Positions 1-13,260 of a stretch of 64,000 nt of DNA are shown in pieces (position 1 is the first letter of the stretch; each line of letters begins with the position of its first letter). Source of the DNA: Haliotis cracherodii (taxonomy: Eukaryota); assembly GCF_022045235.1 (NCBI RefSeq), contig NW_027266271.1, forward strand, positions 5,394,001 through 5,458,000, written 5' to 3'. The notes beneath the pieces are model-generated. The model saw only the letters and a list, made by a program, of their open reading frames with translations. It was not told the origin of the DNA and made no database searches. Made by a program: the position numbers and the translations under genes.

Positions 1-660
1 ACCAGAGACAACTGCAGCATCAACATGGGTAGTCCCTGCACTAGAGACAACTGCCGCAACATGGGCAGTCCCTCCACCAGAGAATATTGAAGCATCAACA
101 TGGGCAGTCCCTGCACTAGAGACAACTGCAGCATCAACATGGGCAGTCCCTGTACCAGAGACAACTGCAGCATCAACATGGACAGCCCTTGCATAAGAGA
201 ATATTGCAGCATCAACATGGGCAGTCCTTGCACTAGAGACAACTGCATCATCAACATGGACAGCCCTTGCATAAGAGAATATTGCAGCATCAACATGGGC
301 AGTCCTTGTACCAGTGACAACTGCAGCATCAACATGGGCAGTGCCTCCACCAGAGAATATTGCAGCATCAACATGGGCAGTCCCTGCACCAGAGACAACT
401 GCAGCATCGACATGGGCAGTTCCTGCACTAGAGACAACTGCAGCATCAACATGGGCAGTCCCTGCACTAGAGACAACTGCATCATCGACAGGGGCAGTCC
501 CTGCACCTGAGACGACTGCAGCATCAACAGGGGCAGCCCCTGCATAAGAGAATATTGCAGCATCAACATGGGCAGTCCCTGCACCAGAGACAACTGCAGC
601 ATCAACAGGGGCAGCCCCTGGACAAGAGACAACTGTAGCATCGACATGGGCAGTCCCTGC
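1..660. repeat. Minisatellite, 39-bp unit (ACCAGAGACAACTGCAGCATCAACATGGGCAGTCCCTGC), ~17 copies, runs off the left edge
   Basis: Direct 39-bp periodicity with two main variants (GACAACTGC and GAATATTGC). The Cys-rich ORFs at 100-547 are translations of the repeat. Confidence 0.95.
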
Positions 661-1674
661 GCCACTAAATGGTTTTTCAAATGATAATGAATACATGAAA
701 GGCTAATGGTACATCAATGATCAATGAAATATGTTCTGTCAGCGTGTAAGAGTAGTGATAGAAAATATGCCATCAAATATGCAAAGTACAATTTGTTTTT
801 CTTTCATATGAAGTAACATTCAACAAGGCTCAGAGTCTATTTGACCACACTGAATGTGATGCGCAGGCATCTGGTATGTCACAATGTAGACAGCCAACAG
901 TCCAGTGCATGGAAAGTACTCAGAAGGTTGGGGCACATCTGCGAGAGGAATGCTGACCTTTCTATTCTATCCACGTAATTGTCCACAGGGTGACAACTCG
1001 GACATGGTTGTACTCAATTCTCCAATTCCTCTGTCTCACACAAAAACCAATCCAATGTGCATGCTCTTTAATGATGTATACTTGTGGGGTTCATCCAATC
1101 AGCTATATTGCTGCATAGAGGCGCAGATTTATTGCCATGTGGTTTAGTGAAGTTCAAGAGCATGTCCTATCTTATGTTTCTTGTGGTTTGTATGGCCTGG
1201 CTACAGGACCCAGGTGGAAGTACAGCATTACAGCAATCTATGGTTGCTGGCTTTCATGGAGAACTGCAGCATGCATTTCAGTGAGGAATTGAGGATGTAT
1301 TGCAATGAAAGTCACACTGCGTTGCTTCCTCTACAGACCAAACATTGCATAGGGCCATGAATCAATGATCATCTCCTGTTTTCCTGATCATGGAAAGAAG
1401 TAAAAGCTTGCATAATCACCCCACATGGTCCCCAAGTAGTCACTGTATTTCAAACCTAATTAAACCATTTTGTCAAAAAACTTACAGTTTTATTTATTTC
1501 AAAAGTATGCAATTCCATATATTTTCTAATCTCTTCAAGGAAACAATCATAAGTATGTTTACATGTTCGAGGGAAACATCCCTAAACACTGCTTATCTCT
1601 TTGGGAAAATAATTCAACTGATAAAAGGATGGAACTATTTGGTTGAAGATCCTTCCTTTAGGTCACAGTGTTTG

Positions 1675-2845
1675 AGAAAACAGTCCATGTGCACAGAGAA
1701 AACAGTCCATGTGCACAGAGAAAACAGTCCATGCGCACAGAGAAAACAGTCCATGCGCACAGAGAAAACAGTCCATGTGCACAGAGAAAACAGCCCATGT
1801 GCACAGAGAAAACAGTCCATGCGCACAGAGAAAACAGTCCATGTGCTAACAGCCCATGTGCACAGAGAAAACAGTCCATGTGCACAGAGAAAACAGCCCA
1901 TGCGCACAGAGAAAACAGTCCATGTGCACAGAGAAAACAGTCCATGTGCAAAGAGAAAACAGTCCATGTGCACAGAGAAAACAGCCCATGTGCACAGAGA
2001 AAACAGCCCATGCGCACAGAGAAAACAGTCCATGTGCACAGAGAAAACAGTCCATGTGCACAGAGAAAACAGTGCATGAGCACAGAGAAAACAGTCCATG
2101 TGCACAGAGAAAACAGCCCATGCGCACAGAGAAAACAGTCCATGTGCACAGAGAAAACAGTTCATGTGCACAGAGAAAACAGTCCATGTGCACAGAGAAA
2201 ACAGTCCATGTGCACAGAGAAAACAGCCCATGCGCACAGAGAAAACAGTCCATGTGCAAAGAGAAAACAGCATGCGCACAGAGAAAACAGTCCATGGGCA
2301 CAGAGAAAACAGTCCATGCGCACAGAGAAAACAGTGCATGTGCACAGAGAAAACAGTGCATGTGCACAGAGAAAACAGCCTATGCGCACAGAGAAAACAG
2401 TCCATGCGCACCGAGAAAACAGTCCATGCGCACCGAGAAAACAGTCCATGTGCACAGAGAAAACAGTCCATGTGCACAGAGAAAACAGCCCATGTGCACA
2501 GAGAAAACAGTCCATGTGCACAGAGAAACAGCCCATGCGCACAGAGAAAACAGTCCATGTGCAGAGAGAAACAGACCATGTGCACAGAGAAAACAGTCCA
2601 TGTGCACAGAGAAACAGCCCATGTGCACAGAGAAACAGCCCATGTGCACAGAGAAAACAGCCCATGCGCACAGAGAAAACAGTCCATGCGCACAGAGAAA
2701 ACAGTCCATGCGCACAGAGAAACAGCCCATGTGCACAGAGAAACAGCCCATGTGCACAGAGAAACAGCCCATGCGCACAGAGAAAACAGCCCATGCGCAC
2801 AGAGAAAACAGTCCATGTGCACAGAGAAAACAGCCCATGCGCACA
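1675..2845. repeat. Minisatellite, 22-bp unit (CAGTCCATGTGCACAGAGAAAA), ~53 copies, with 21-bp variants toward the right end
   Basis: CAGTCCAT recurs at 1681, 1703 and onward. The unit has no stop codon in any frame, which explains the stacked ORFs on both strands. Confidence 0.97.
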
Positions 2846-2901
2846 AAGAAGGTAGCAATGAAAGAAAGTAGAAAAAGAAAGTCTTTAGTTAACTTTAAGG
2901 G

Positions 2902-3313
2902 TAACGCTATTTTTCAGGGCATTATCATTTCTAGAAGTCTGAGATCTTCCGTTAACTGTCAGACGAAGGAGGGCAATTGAAAAGACCAAGGGATTCTGCA
3001 AATGATAATGCCCTGTAAAAAAGTATTATCGTTATTATAGCTAAAATGGATAGAATTTGTTATCAAATGAAAATGAACAATAATGTCGGTTTTGAAACAT
3101 TTACTGCAATCAACACACAACGAATGTCACTGATCCATTTTAAAAATATGAAAATGTCATTGTACAAACCAGATGACGTCACTATCGAACATCAATATGA
3201 CATCACCTAACAACGGGTGTGATAAAGACCCATCGTCAAACAAAATGAGGGCATTATCAATTGGCCCGCTCATTTCTGGTAACATGCGCACGGTTTAATT
3301 CTATCCATTTTAG
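2902..3313. mobile_element. Non-autonomous foldback/inverted-repeat cassette (Crypton-like architecture, family uncertain)
   Basis: Imperfect hairpin at ~2902-3030 (CAGGGCATTATCATTT / AAATGATAATGCCCTG). Perfect 17-bp inverted repeat at 3041-3057 / 3297-3313. AGGGCATTATCA is directly repeated at 2916 and 3248. Confidence 0.45.
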
Positions 3314-4440
3314 TAAGATCATTACATCTATCAAATCATTTCTTGCAACAAGTGTGATGCATGACAGTATGGAATTTAAAATGACACTCTCTTATCCTTC
3401 ATAAATCATGTGTATTGTTCACAAGCTTTTTCCTCTCTAATTATGGACCATTTTCTTTAACACAGTCTTCTTCAACTAGAAACCGTTGCCATTTTCTACA
3501 ATCTCCATTTCCCTTTCTTCCTACAAATGTTTTTATCATAATTGTTTCGTCAATATCAAGAATGAACCTTATTAGAAAATTTGTTTTGGATTGCCAAACT
3601 GAGCCTACCCTGAATCACTTCTTTCCACTCTACAGAAAACCTTAACTCTCAAAGGCTTATCCCATAACCTTGCCAGAAATCTTCACAAGTGTCAGTGCTG
3701 ACAGATATGTGAGAAAATCCTGCACAGATAGTCACCTGAGTCCAGCTGGTTGGAATACCAGTACTATCATGAAGTCACAGGGTATCTGAGAGATTGGTGG
3801 CTTGATGAAAGAAGTCAATGTTTATTAGCTGAACCACAGCTGGATATACTACTGGCCACACAACTGTCAAATATGAAACTGTCAGGCAATGTGGCATGGT
3901 AATATTTCTGCTCAGCACTGAGGGACAGATTTATGACTACAAGGAATGATTCTTTCTGTAGAGCAGATGCTTGTCCTCATGGGACCTTCAATGATTTGCC
4001 TTGATCAGCAAGCCACATCATATAATCCTGGTGCATATGGACACAGTCCATTTTGTTATTTCACACATGATTTTGTTGTAATACATCCTTATCTCACTCT
4101 GCACTCTGTAGCCTATCTGCAGAACCATGCAGAGATTGCATCCTGTGTCGGAGACAGACTACCTTCCATGTATGTAGGTGTGTGCATCATCAGGTTTCCC
4201 TAGGCTTTTGACTTGTAACTTGATCACCATATACATATTTTCACATAAAGAATTTCAGGAAATCATTCTACCATGCTTCTCACTTTATATAGGCTTGAAA
4301 AGAAATTCTACCATCTAAGCTTCACATCTTATAAGCTTGAAATGAACGTGAACACTTAACTGGAATCAGTCAAAAGATGATTCTATGGACACAACTTGTA
4401 TAGTCATTATCATCAAATCCAGAACATATGTAAGCCTATA

Positions 4441-5345
4441 CAGTGGAATCTGTCCAGACTTGGTGAAAATCGATATTTTCCCTGGTCGCCCCAGTTCCTT
4501 AATAAATTATCATTACTCAAACTGATCTACAACTCTCTAATTCAGACTTTTAATACTTCAGATTTCGTATTAAAGTAACGGCCCAAACAACCAAATTTAC
4601 TGAAAAGAAGCTGTCTAAATCGAACTGGACCAGACCAGCCCGAACCGGATCGGCAGTCCTCTCTCTTTGAAGTAAGCTCAGTCATTGTCAGCTAAAACAA
4701 CAATGCTTAACACTTTGTTGTCCACTTAGTTAACTGGAATTTACTCACCTGTTATTGAGAAACTCAGCATAATTAGATTAACTCAGTGCCATGAGCATGT
4801 CAATAAATAACGGTAAACACAGCTTGTCGTTATCAATCGCAATGGCAGAGGGAGCGGTAAAGAAAAAGTGTATCAAACTTACACTTGCTAAGAAAGTTGC
4901 TTTAATTGAGGAATTTAAGTCAGTGCAAAAAACGAACCAGAAAAATTTAGCCGCAAAGAGTGGCATCAGTAAGTTGGCTGTCTCAGATATTCTTAAACAT
5001 AGTAAAGACTTTTAGCAGCAATTTGCCATTTTGCCACAGTGAATGATTCTCGATGGTGAACCACTTACTTCACCTCCAAACTATGACTAAGTACACGATT
5101 TTGCAAAACAATCTTCAGAAACAAAAGCAGTCCATTTTCAATTACTTTTTCAAGTAAAGAATGTTTTAATGTGTATATCATGCCAGCCCATGGCAACGTT
5201 TCACGTACAATGAATATGTATCTGAATATAGATGAATGATCGGTGCTTTTCGTTTGGTCTTCAGTACTCTTTTGTACTCTGGACCTCGATGAAACCAGAC
5301 TTTTTTACTGGTCCCAACCAAGACCAAATTGGACAGATTCCACGG
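4441..5345 (+). mobile_element. Internally deleted pogo/Tigger-family DNA transposon
   Basis: TIRs CAGTGGAATCTGTCCA (4441) and TGGACAGATTCCACGG (ends 5345), with TA on both sides. Encodes a CENP-B N-terminal/psq-type HTH remnant. Confidence 0.85.
4842..5157 (+). pseudogene. pogo/Tigger transposase remnant: N-terminal CENP-B-like HTH plus extreme C-terminus; DDE domain missing
   Basis: MAEGAVKKKCIKLTLAKKVALIEEFKSVQKTNQKNLAAKSGISKLAVSDILKH resembles the Tigger HTH-psq consensus. 5101-5157 reads LQNNLQKQKQSIFNYFFK*, a PIP-box-like pogo C-terminus. Confidence 0.75.
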
Positions 5346-7248
5346 TAATGTGTTAATTGTCAGTGGTCACTTATCTAGACTTTCCACCTGGCCCTGGTTT
5401 GGGTGTTCACTCCACACATGTTTCACATTTGGTAGTACCTTGCTTTCATTATTGCATTAGGCAAACCGTCCCCCGCATGATGCCCCCCTTCATAACAACC
5501 CCCATGCATGTCTGGATCTTGATTCTGAAGATTACCCCCACCAACTACACCCTCACCCTCACACACACCTGATGTTACAGAAGTAACAAACTTCACGCCT
5601 CATCAAGCAAGATATGGCTCCCTACTGGACATGTGAACTCAGTTACAAGTTGGTCAATGGGCATGTACCCTCATAAATTGTGGCCTTCTTCAAGTGTGAA
5701 ACATGCTAGGATATGCGATGAAGCATTTAAGTGTGTAGGTTAATATATACTTCTTTTCTGAGTGATGAGACCTGAACACATTCGACAGCATGACACAGCC
5801 AAACCAGGTGCTCCCAAAACTACATACATCGAGGAAACCACTCCTTCATAAGTACTCTCCCACAGCAGTATGGTCAGTGCCTCTGACAGCCATTTAGATG
5901 TTGGTAAAATTAACATATAGACAACAGAGTAAGTTATGTCTATAACAGAAATCATGTGATTATGGGCCACGTAATAATAAGAAGATAGTATTCCACATGG
6001 GAGAGATTGCTTCTCCTGCACACTCTCAACAAGATGTCTGTCCACTTAATACATAAATGCATTAGGAATCTTAGTTGTGATAATTTCTACTATCTAAGGG
6101 AAAACGAAGTCCCAGTTACACTTGGGTAGAACATACATGAACAACTCTCTGGAACACAACATGAAATATAGTTACTTTCATGAGGAGATACCAACACATT
6201 CAGGACATTACGAACACCAGTAGAAAAAGTCATTTTATTCCTTAATTCCAATTTTTTCTCATACTAGATAGATTCTTCAATCTTCAGTGAGATAGCAAGG
6301 AGACATTATTGAGTTCCATCAGTGCTGATGATGGTGGACACACATCAGTAAAAGCAGTGAACTCCACAAACTTCTGTCAAAGACATAAGGCAGTTGTGGT
6401 ACAGCAGGTATCTCCACATGCACCTGAGATAGGAGGAAGGAAGGGGATGAGGAGGAGATAGCATCCCGAGTCTCAGCCTCCTATCTCCACAGATAAGACA
6501 GGGCACAGCAGGGACTTCACACACAGACAAGGTGGGGGGTCAGCAGCACAGACAGAACAGAGTGTGTATCACAGAGTACAGATGTATATATTGCCCATAA
6601 TCCTTTCCACACTATGCCCATACTCCCATACTCGGGAAGTATTTAATGCTATTTTATTTAGCAACATAACTCAAACATGTAAAAAAAGGAAAAATGTGTA
6701 CCAGGGAAACAAAATAGTTAGGGTGTTTAACCCTGAAATAGCCTGCATTGTTGAGGATTAGGTTCATAGGAAAAACAGCCTGACATCCTGCCAAACTGTT
6801 GCTGCTGCCGCAACCGTTGTGGAAGTAAGTCTCCTCTGTGGTGGTGGAAGCAGCACATGAGGTGTGTGTGTGTGTATGTGGGGGGGGGCACCAACTTCCT
6901 GCCTGACAGAAACACACTTGAACACTTGGAAGAGGTAATATATCTACAAAAACCTTTATAAATCACTAAGTAAAAACATAATTTATAATTAAATTTGTCT
7001 CCGTTGTTATTGGTACCTTGTGTAAACTTCAAGACAAACTATACAAGCCTACATTCAAAGAAATATTCATTTAAAATTTCCAGGAAACCTCAAATAAGAA
7101 CCTCTACATAAAGTACAGGAGGACTATGGGCACCAGCTCCTGTGAGCATATATCACAATGATGCATCCCTCCCGAGTGCAGTCAGTAGCTTGATGTGGAT
7201 GTCTTCATATGTCTATTTTGAGAAGGAAACATGAAAATATTTAAAAAC

Positions 7249-7389
7249 TGACTTCAATATATATATTTTGCATTTATGGAGGTATGAACATACATAATGG
7301 TGTGCCCACTCTGTAAATATGTATATGCAAAGGGTGCACATCAGCTCTGACGGTCATACCTCCACAAACACAAAATATTATTCAAGTCA
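7249..7389. repeat. ~140-bp imperfect palindrome (foldback)
   Basis: The left arm TGACTTCAATA..TATTTTGCATTTATGGAGGTATGA..GGTGTGCCCACTCTGTAAATA pairs with the right arm TATATGCAAAGGGTGCACATCA..TCATACCTCCACAAACACAAAATATTATTCAAGTCA. Confidence 0.75.
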
Positions 7390-8234
7390 ATTCTACATAA
7401 ACACATAACAAACTGTAGATAATGATATGAAACCTGTGACATTGATCAGTACAATGATGCAACAGAAGCCCCACCCACCATATTATTAGCCAATGAGGAA
7501 ACAGTACCGATAGTTCATTATTGGCCATGACCTAATTTGTTTGAGGTTTATGGAAACAATCACACAAAACATACTTGGTTAGCCATGCAATGCAATGGCA
7601 TCATTTGCAATTTATTTGGATAATTCTATTCTGTTTGTGAATGTCGATCTGGTATTACATATTTCTTTAAATTTCTTTCACCAAAGTTGGTGGCTATTTT
7701 GAGTAAATAAACCATTTTTGTATTAAGAGCAACAGTAATAAAAATCATTAACATGCCTTTTTTCTTCAATTGTGACACATGATAATGAAAACAGTGAGAT
7801 GATATATAGTCCATCACTTCTTATCTACTTGCCCAGCCCTATCCCAGCATAAAGACACAGTCCTTATGTTATTCATGTCAATCTGGATCTGGATGGAATT
7901 CCAGTGAAACACCCCCATCACAAAGTGTGCACCATCCTATAGCAGACACACACATAAAATATAGTGTTTCACTTACAGTCTCACTTCATTCTCTATGGTT
8001 ATAAGGAAACAGACCAAGCTTGACCACTTTATCAAGATATGAAGAGTTAAAAGCACATCCTGCTGATACTAAAATTACAACACATGTAAATGTGAATAAT
8101 GCTTCTCTTCTCTTGTTTACACTAAGATTCAAAGTTTACAGGTGTTAGTTACACCGAAGAACATGGACCCATCCATTATAAATGAATCTGACTCATGCAA
8201 TGGCATTTGAATATTCACCCTATACACACTTTTC

Positions 8235-9125
8235 AGTGAATACTCTCCACACACTAGTCAGTGAATACCTAACACACCTGGGGTCAGTGAATACTCAACA
8301 CACCTGGGGTCAGTGAATACTCAACACACCTGGGGTCAGTGAATACTCAACACACCCAGGGTCTGTAAATACCCAACACACCAAGAGGCTGTGAATACCC
8401 AACATACCCAGGGTCTGTGAATACCCAACACAGCTGGGGTCAGTGAATACCCAACACACCCAGGGTCTGTGAATACCCAACACACCTGAGGTCAGTGAAT
8501 ACCCAACAAACCTGAGGTTAGTGAATACCCAACACACCTGATGTCAGTGAATACCCAACAAACCTGATGTCAGTGAATACCCAACACACCCAGGGTCTGT
8601 GAATACCCAACACACCTGAGGTCAGTGAATACCCAACACATCTGGGGTCTTTGAATACCCAACAAACCTGAGGTCAGTGAATACCCAACACATCTGGGGT
8701 CTGTGAATACCCAACAAACCTGAGGTCAGTGAATACCCAACACACCTGATGTCAGTGAATACCCAACACACCCAGGGTCTGTGAATACCCAACACACCCA
8801 GGGTCTGTGAATACCCAACACACCTGAGGTCAGTGAATACCCAACAAACCTGATGTCAGTGAATACCCAACATACCTGGGGTCAGTGAATACCCAACACA
8901 CCTGAGGTCAGTGAATACTCTACCCACCTGAGGTTGGTGAATACCCAACACATCTGGGGTCAGTGAATACTCTACCCACCTGAGGTTGGTGAATACCCAA
9001 CACACCTGAGGTTGGTGAATACTCTACACACCTTAGGTCAGTGAATATATCCAACACACCTGAGGTCAGTGAATACTCTACCCACCTGAGGTTGGTGAAT
9101 ACCCAACATACCTGAGGTTGGTGAA
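8235..9125. repeat. Minisatellite, 26-bp unit (GTCAGTGAATACCCAACACACCTGAG), ~34 copies
   Basis: GTGAATAC recurs at a 26-bp period; edge units are degenerate. Confidence 0.95.
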
Positions 9126-9582
9126 ACATATCCTACACACAATGTAACAGTGAATAATGAACACACGCTTTAGTGAATTACAAACTTGATGAAGCATTGA
9201 GATGTGTGCTATTAGTGCTCTGGGTCATCTTTAAGCTTAGCACACTTCAAATATAATGTCATTTGAAAAAAGGAAATAGATCCATTGTTTCTACTGCAAA
9301 CATGTTGCTCATTTGCATATATCCGTTAATATCATAGGTATACATATTTATTTCTTCTACACAAACAGTGGTGGGACTTTCCCTGCAGAAGGGAATGTAT
9401 GTGTGATGGTAGGGATTGGCACATACTAGGCCAGCAGGGATTGGTGACAGGCAACATCAGGGGCAGAAGTTCAACAACAGGTAAATGTTCATGGGAGGTA
9501 GTGACACTTGACCCACGTTTTACTGCACTGCCAAGATGATAATCCCATTCCGCCTTTCTTTTTCACTGATTTTTCTTTTCTA

Positions 9583-10887
9583 TACTCAACAACAAAAGTT
9601 CCTGTGACACCAATATTTTTGTGTATTTTTCAAACAAGTAAAGTTTGGTTTTCAATATTGTAGTACATGTATGGAATCAAGACACAAAAACACAACTGCT
9701 ACAGAAAAGCATGCATTCCATGCAAAAGTTGACTTTTATGCAAGCCCCATGCATTTCACTACCTAAGAATTTAACAAGATTCCATATGCATTGTTTAGCA
9801 TCGTGCTGACAACAACCACTCAGAAAAACAACAAAATTACACAATTATTCAACATTACGAAATGCCATGCCTGTCTGAAAATGAGCGTCTGCGAGCCATT
9901 GGTATGCTTGAAGCAGGATTGAGTCAACTTGATGTTGCAAGACAATTTAACGTCCACAGAAACACCATTTGGTGTTTACGGCAACGTTGGCAACAGACGA
10001 ATGCAGTCAGAGACCATCCTCGGAGTGGCAGGCCACACATAACCAATAATCGACAAGACAACTGGATTTGAACATCACACCTACGAAATCGATTCCAGCC
10101 AGCAACAGTGACTGCAAGAAGGATCCCTGGCCTTTGACGAATATCTTCACAAACTGTACGTCGTCGCCTCAGATGTGCAGAGATTGTCACCAGAAGACCC
10201 GCCAGACGTGCCATTTTGACAGGAAACCACCTTGCAGACAGCGTCTACGCTGGACGGCCATGCAGTGGGGACAAGTTCTATTCACGAGTCTCGTTTACAC
10301 CTCAGCGCAGCAATGCACAGATTTGAGTGTACTGACGTCAAGGTGAACGTTACGTCAATCATCGTGTCATGGAAGAAGATCGGTTCGGGGTGGAAGCGTT
10401 ATGGTGTGGGGTGGGATTACAGCAAGACAGAGGACCCGTTTGATAGTGGTAAAGGGAAATCTCAATGGCCAGCCCTACTGCGACGAAATCGTCGGCCCTT
10501 TTGTTCTACCATTTTTGCGTGGTCATGGCCCAGGCATTTCCTTTCAACATGACAACACCCGGCATTATCTTGCTCGACATGTTCAGGATCATCTCCAACA
10601 AAACAACGTGAATATCATCCCCTGGCCGGCTCACTCCCCTGATCTCTCACCAATCGAACACATGTGGGGTGCCTTCAACATCAACCACGAGTTCCACAGA
10701 CACTCCAGGAGCTTTCGAAACATGCTCCAGCAAATATGAAACCATACATTTTCTGAAGTCAATATGGCAAATTAAACCATTTGAACACTTACAGGAGTCT
10801 TTCATCTGTTGCAAACCGAAATTGTTTTAAATTTGGTAAAAAACATAACTTTGCATTAAATGTCACAATAACTTTTGTTGTTCAGTA
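9583..10887 (+). mobile_element. Tc1-family (DD34E) DNA transposon, decayed copy with both ends
   Basis: TIRs TACTCAACAACAAAAGTT..TGTGACA and TGTCACA..AACTTTTGTTGTTCAGTA, with TA at 9581-9582 and 10888-10889. Contains a transposase pseudogene. Confidence 0.92.
9862..10739 (+). pseudogene. Tc1 transposase pseudogene with stops and frameshifts
   Basis: Paired-type HTH (MPCLSENERLRAIGML..VARQFNVHRNTI), SGRP linker, VLF..ESR, MVWGGI, FQHDN and WPAHSPDLSPIEHMW, with 34 residues between D and E. Confidence 0.93.
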
Positions 10888-11980
10888 TATTTCTTCTCAA
10901 AACCTATATAAATACAATTACAATACAGCTATGCCAGGTTTATGAGAGTTCAGTGTTTGAAATAGACATCGGCCTGAAGGCCCGAGGTTGACAGATTTGT
11001 TTTTGGCTGATAGTTTGAAATTTCAGCAGGTCCTTACGACCAGCAGTTTATTTTAAGCTGTAAACATGGTAAATGAATCATAACACTGAGATTGCTTGGT
11101 GAAACAGGGTCCAGGTTCAAAGTAAACGCTTTCAACACTGCAGGCCGGGACACCGGCCACACCATGTACCATAGCCACGTCAAAATAATTGATAGTTTCA
11201 TGAACCTACCAGTCATCATTCATTTATTAAATCTACCCCTTTTCTAAAAGTCCGAAAATACGTATTTCATTTCAATTTATCATATCAATAGATATCAAAT
11301 TATGAACTATTTCATGCAATGTTACTGAAAAAGAAGAATCTGCAATAAATACTTCGACAACAGGTCCATATCAAACATATCAAAGAGCAATATAAAGACG
11401 TTTCAAGTAAATCGTTAATAAATTAAATAAAGTAATAAATAAACTCAACAGATATATTTCCACAAATTGTCAAACTTACATCTCAGTTACTATTTCTCTC
11501 TTTTCGTGTGATCGTGTAATGTAAGACAAATGAAATCTCAGCATGTGTTGCCTTGCTTTAAAGGCTTGGACACAATGTATGCCTAAGAAATGTTTGTCAC
11601 AGGTCCTAACCTATAACTATTATGTCCACGAAGTTCCAGATTGTTAACTGTGGACACGATTTTCTGTTTAAACTTTAACTATTTTCCTATAACAATTTGA
11701 CCAGTCATCATCTAGGGTCCCAGAATCACGAAAACTTTATGTTGACATATTACAGTCCAACTACAACAAATAGGACTTTTAACAAGTCAAAGTATGACAT
11801 TTATGATATATACATCCATTCTTTGTCAAAACAAATGTGTTTCAAGGTGTCAATAGTGGTATAACTGTGATTGCTGTAAATAATGGTAAGTTGTGCAATC
11901 TGCCAGTCACTTCACAAATGATTTCATCACTTATATCATAAATAGACAGCAAACTTGGCACCTGTCTGTCAAAAAAATAA

Positions 11981-12160
11981 ACAAAGTTTAAAAAGGAATG
12001 TATTAATCATTTTTATTGTAAGTGAATTGGTGGAGATGAATGTAGATGGCAGGGAATATGAATTATTTTGTACTGTCTGTCATAAATATCCTCAATTATC
12101 AGGTCCAAAGTCTTGACAGGTGATTGGGTTAAACAATAAGTTCAGAAATGAAACATTATA
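11981..12160 (+). pseudogene. hAT-transposase N-terminal TTF-type zinc-finger fragment
   Basis: Broken frames read TKFKKECINHF ... YELFCTVCHKYPQLSGPKS*QVIGLNNKFRNETL, resembling the RKF..W..F / MFCxxC.KYP / G.NNF....L pattern of ZnF_TTF. Confidence 0.5.
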
Positions 12161-12179
12161 ATTTAAAGGGAAAATATGT

Positions 12180-12429
12180 TATGATCAAATGTTCACAGAA
12201 AATGTTGAACGATTCAAAATCACGCTAATAAAACGTTTTCAAATACATTTGCTGAACATTTCTCAAATGTTTTTGAAACATTATAACCAAATGTTTATCA
12301 AAACTTTTCTAGAACATTTCTGGAACCATACAAATTCATGTGAATAAAACATTTTTTTAAAACATTTCTGGAACATTTCGTGAAATGTTTTGGGGATGTT
12401 TTTAAGACATTTTCGTGTTAACTTGGGTA
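12180..12429. mobile_element. One end of a CACTA/EnSpm-like non-autonomous element
   Basis: Dense AACATT/AATGTT/AAACGTT subterminal repeats ending in GTGTTAACTTGGG-TA. The other end is not seen. Confidence 0.4.
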
Positions 12430-12557
12430 GGAACACGAAGAAGTAACTTAGTTATGGATGAACTTCAGTCAGCACAACATCAGGCAAAAATCACTGAATG
12501 TATTTCAATTGTGAAGTTTTTATTCATAAAACTCAAAAAATTTAAGAGGGCAAGTGA

Positions 12558-13260
12558 AACAAGAGAGAAGTGAGCAAAGCTCACATACCCCTGTTATCCC
12601 CGCTGGATAGTAAATAGTTTGTTAATTAATGAAATATACATGCTGCTTTAAGTCAGAGGAACTGCCCTTTCCTTTGTAACCCCATGAGCTATACAAAACC
12701 AGTCATCAAAATTTCTAAATTCCATTACGTTTCCATGAGAACAGCAAAAGAGAAAACTTTCAGAATCTTATAAAAGATAAAAAACAATCATAGTGGTTAA
12801 TGTAGCAAGTTTGCTGAAGCTAGGATACATAATATTGTAAACATGGATCATACAAAAACTCTACCCAAAATTTATGTTTCACCATGATTCCATGGAAACG
12901 GCAAAAATTAAAAAATTCAGAATCTTCAAACTAGCAAAAGGCACAAGTACCCATTGTGGTTAATGTGTGTAGAAAGTTTGGTGAAGCTAGGGTGCATAGT
13001 TAAAAAGATATAGGCCGTACAAAACACCCACCCTAAAAGTTTAAGTTTCTTAATGTTTCCATGGAAACAGCAAAAATTAAAAGGTTCAGAATCTTCAAAC
13101 TAGCAAAAGGCACAAGTACTCATTGTGGTAAATGTGTGTAGCACGTTTGGTGAAGCTAGGGTGCATGGTTAAAAAGTTATGGGCCGTACAAAAGCTCAGA
13201 CGGAAGGACAGACATCGGAACGCTATATACCCCCGATTCACTTCGTAAACAGGGGTATAA
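12558..13260 (-). mobile_element. Helentron-associated interspersed element (HINE; DINE-1/pearl-like) with internal ~160-170-bp tandem core repeats
   Basis: AACAAGAG terminus; GTGAGC-AAA-GCTCAC stem-loop; exact 11-bp subterminal inverted pair ATACCCCTGTT (12585) and AACAGGGGTAT near 13250; GACGG/GACAG microsatellite remnant; three cores starting TTCCATG at 12731, 12888 and 13057. Confidence 0.85.

Noticed and set aside
100-2980. Cys-rich and other long ORFs at 0.1-3 kb
   Set aside because: They are translations of 39-bp and 22-bp tandem units, open in several frames on both strands, with no unique domain or splice context.
6300-6900. GC-richer, enhancer-like or exon-like patches
   Set aside because: Only short generic motifs, with no consistent splice pair or ORF.
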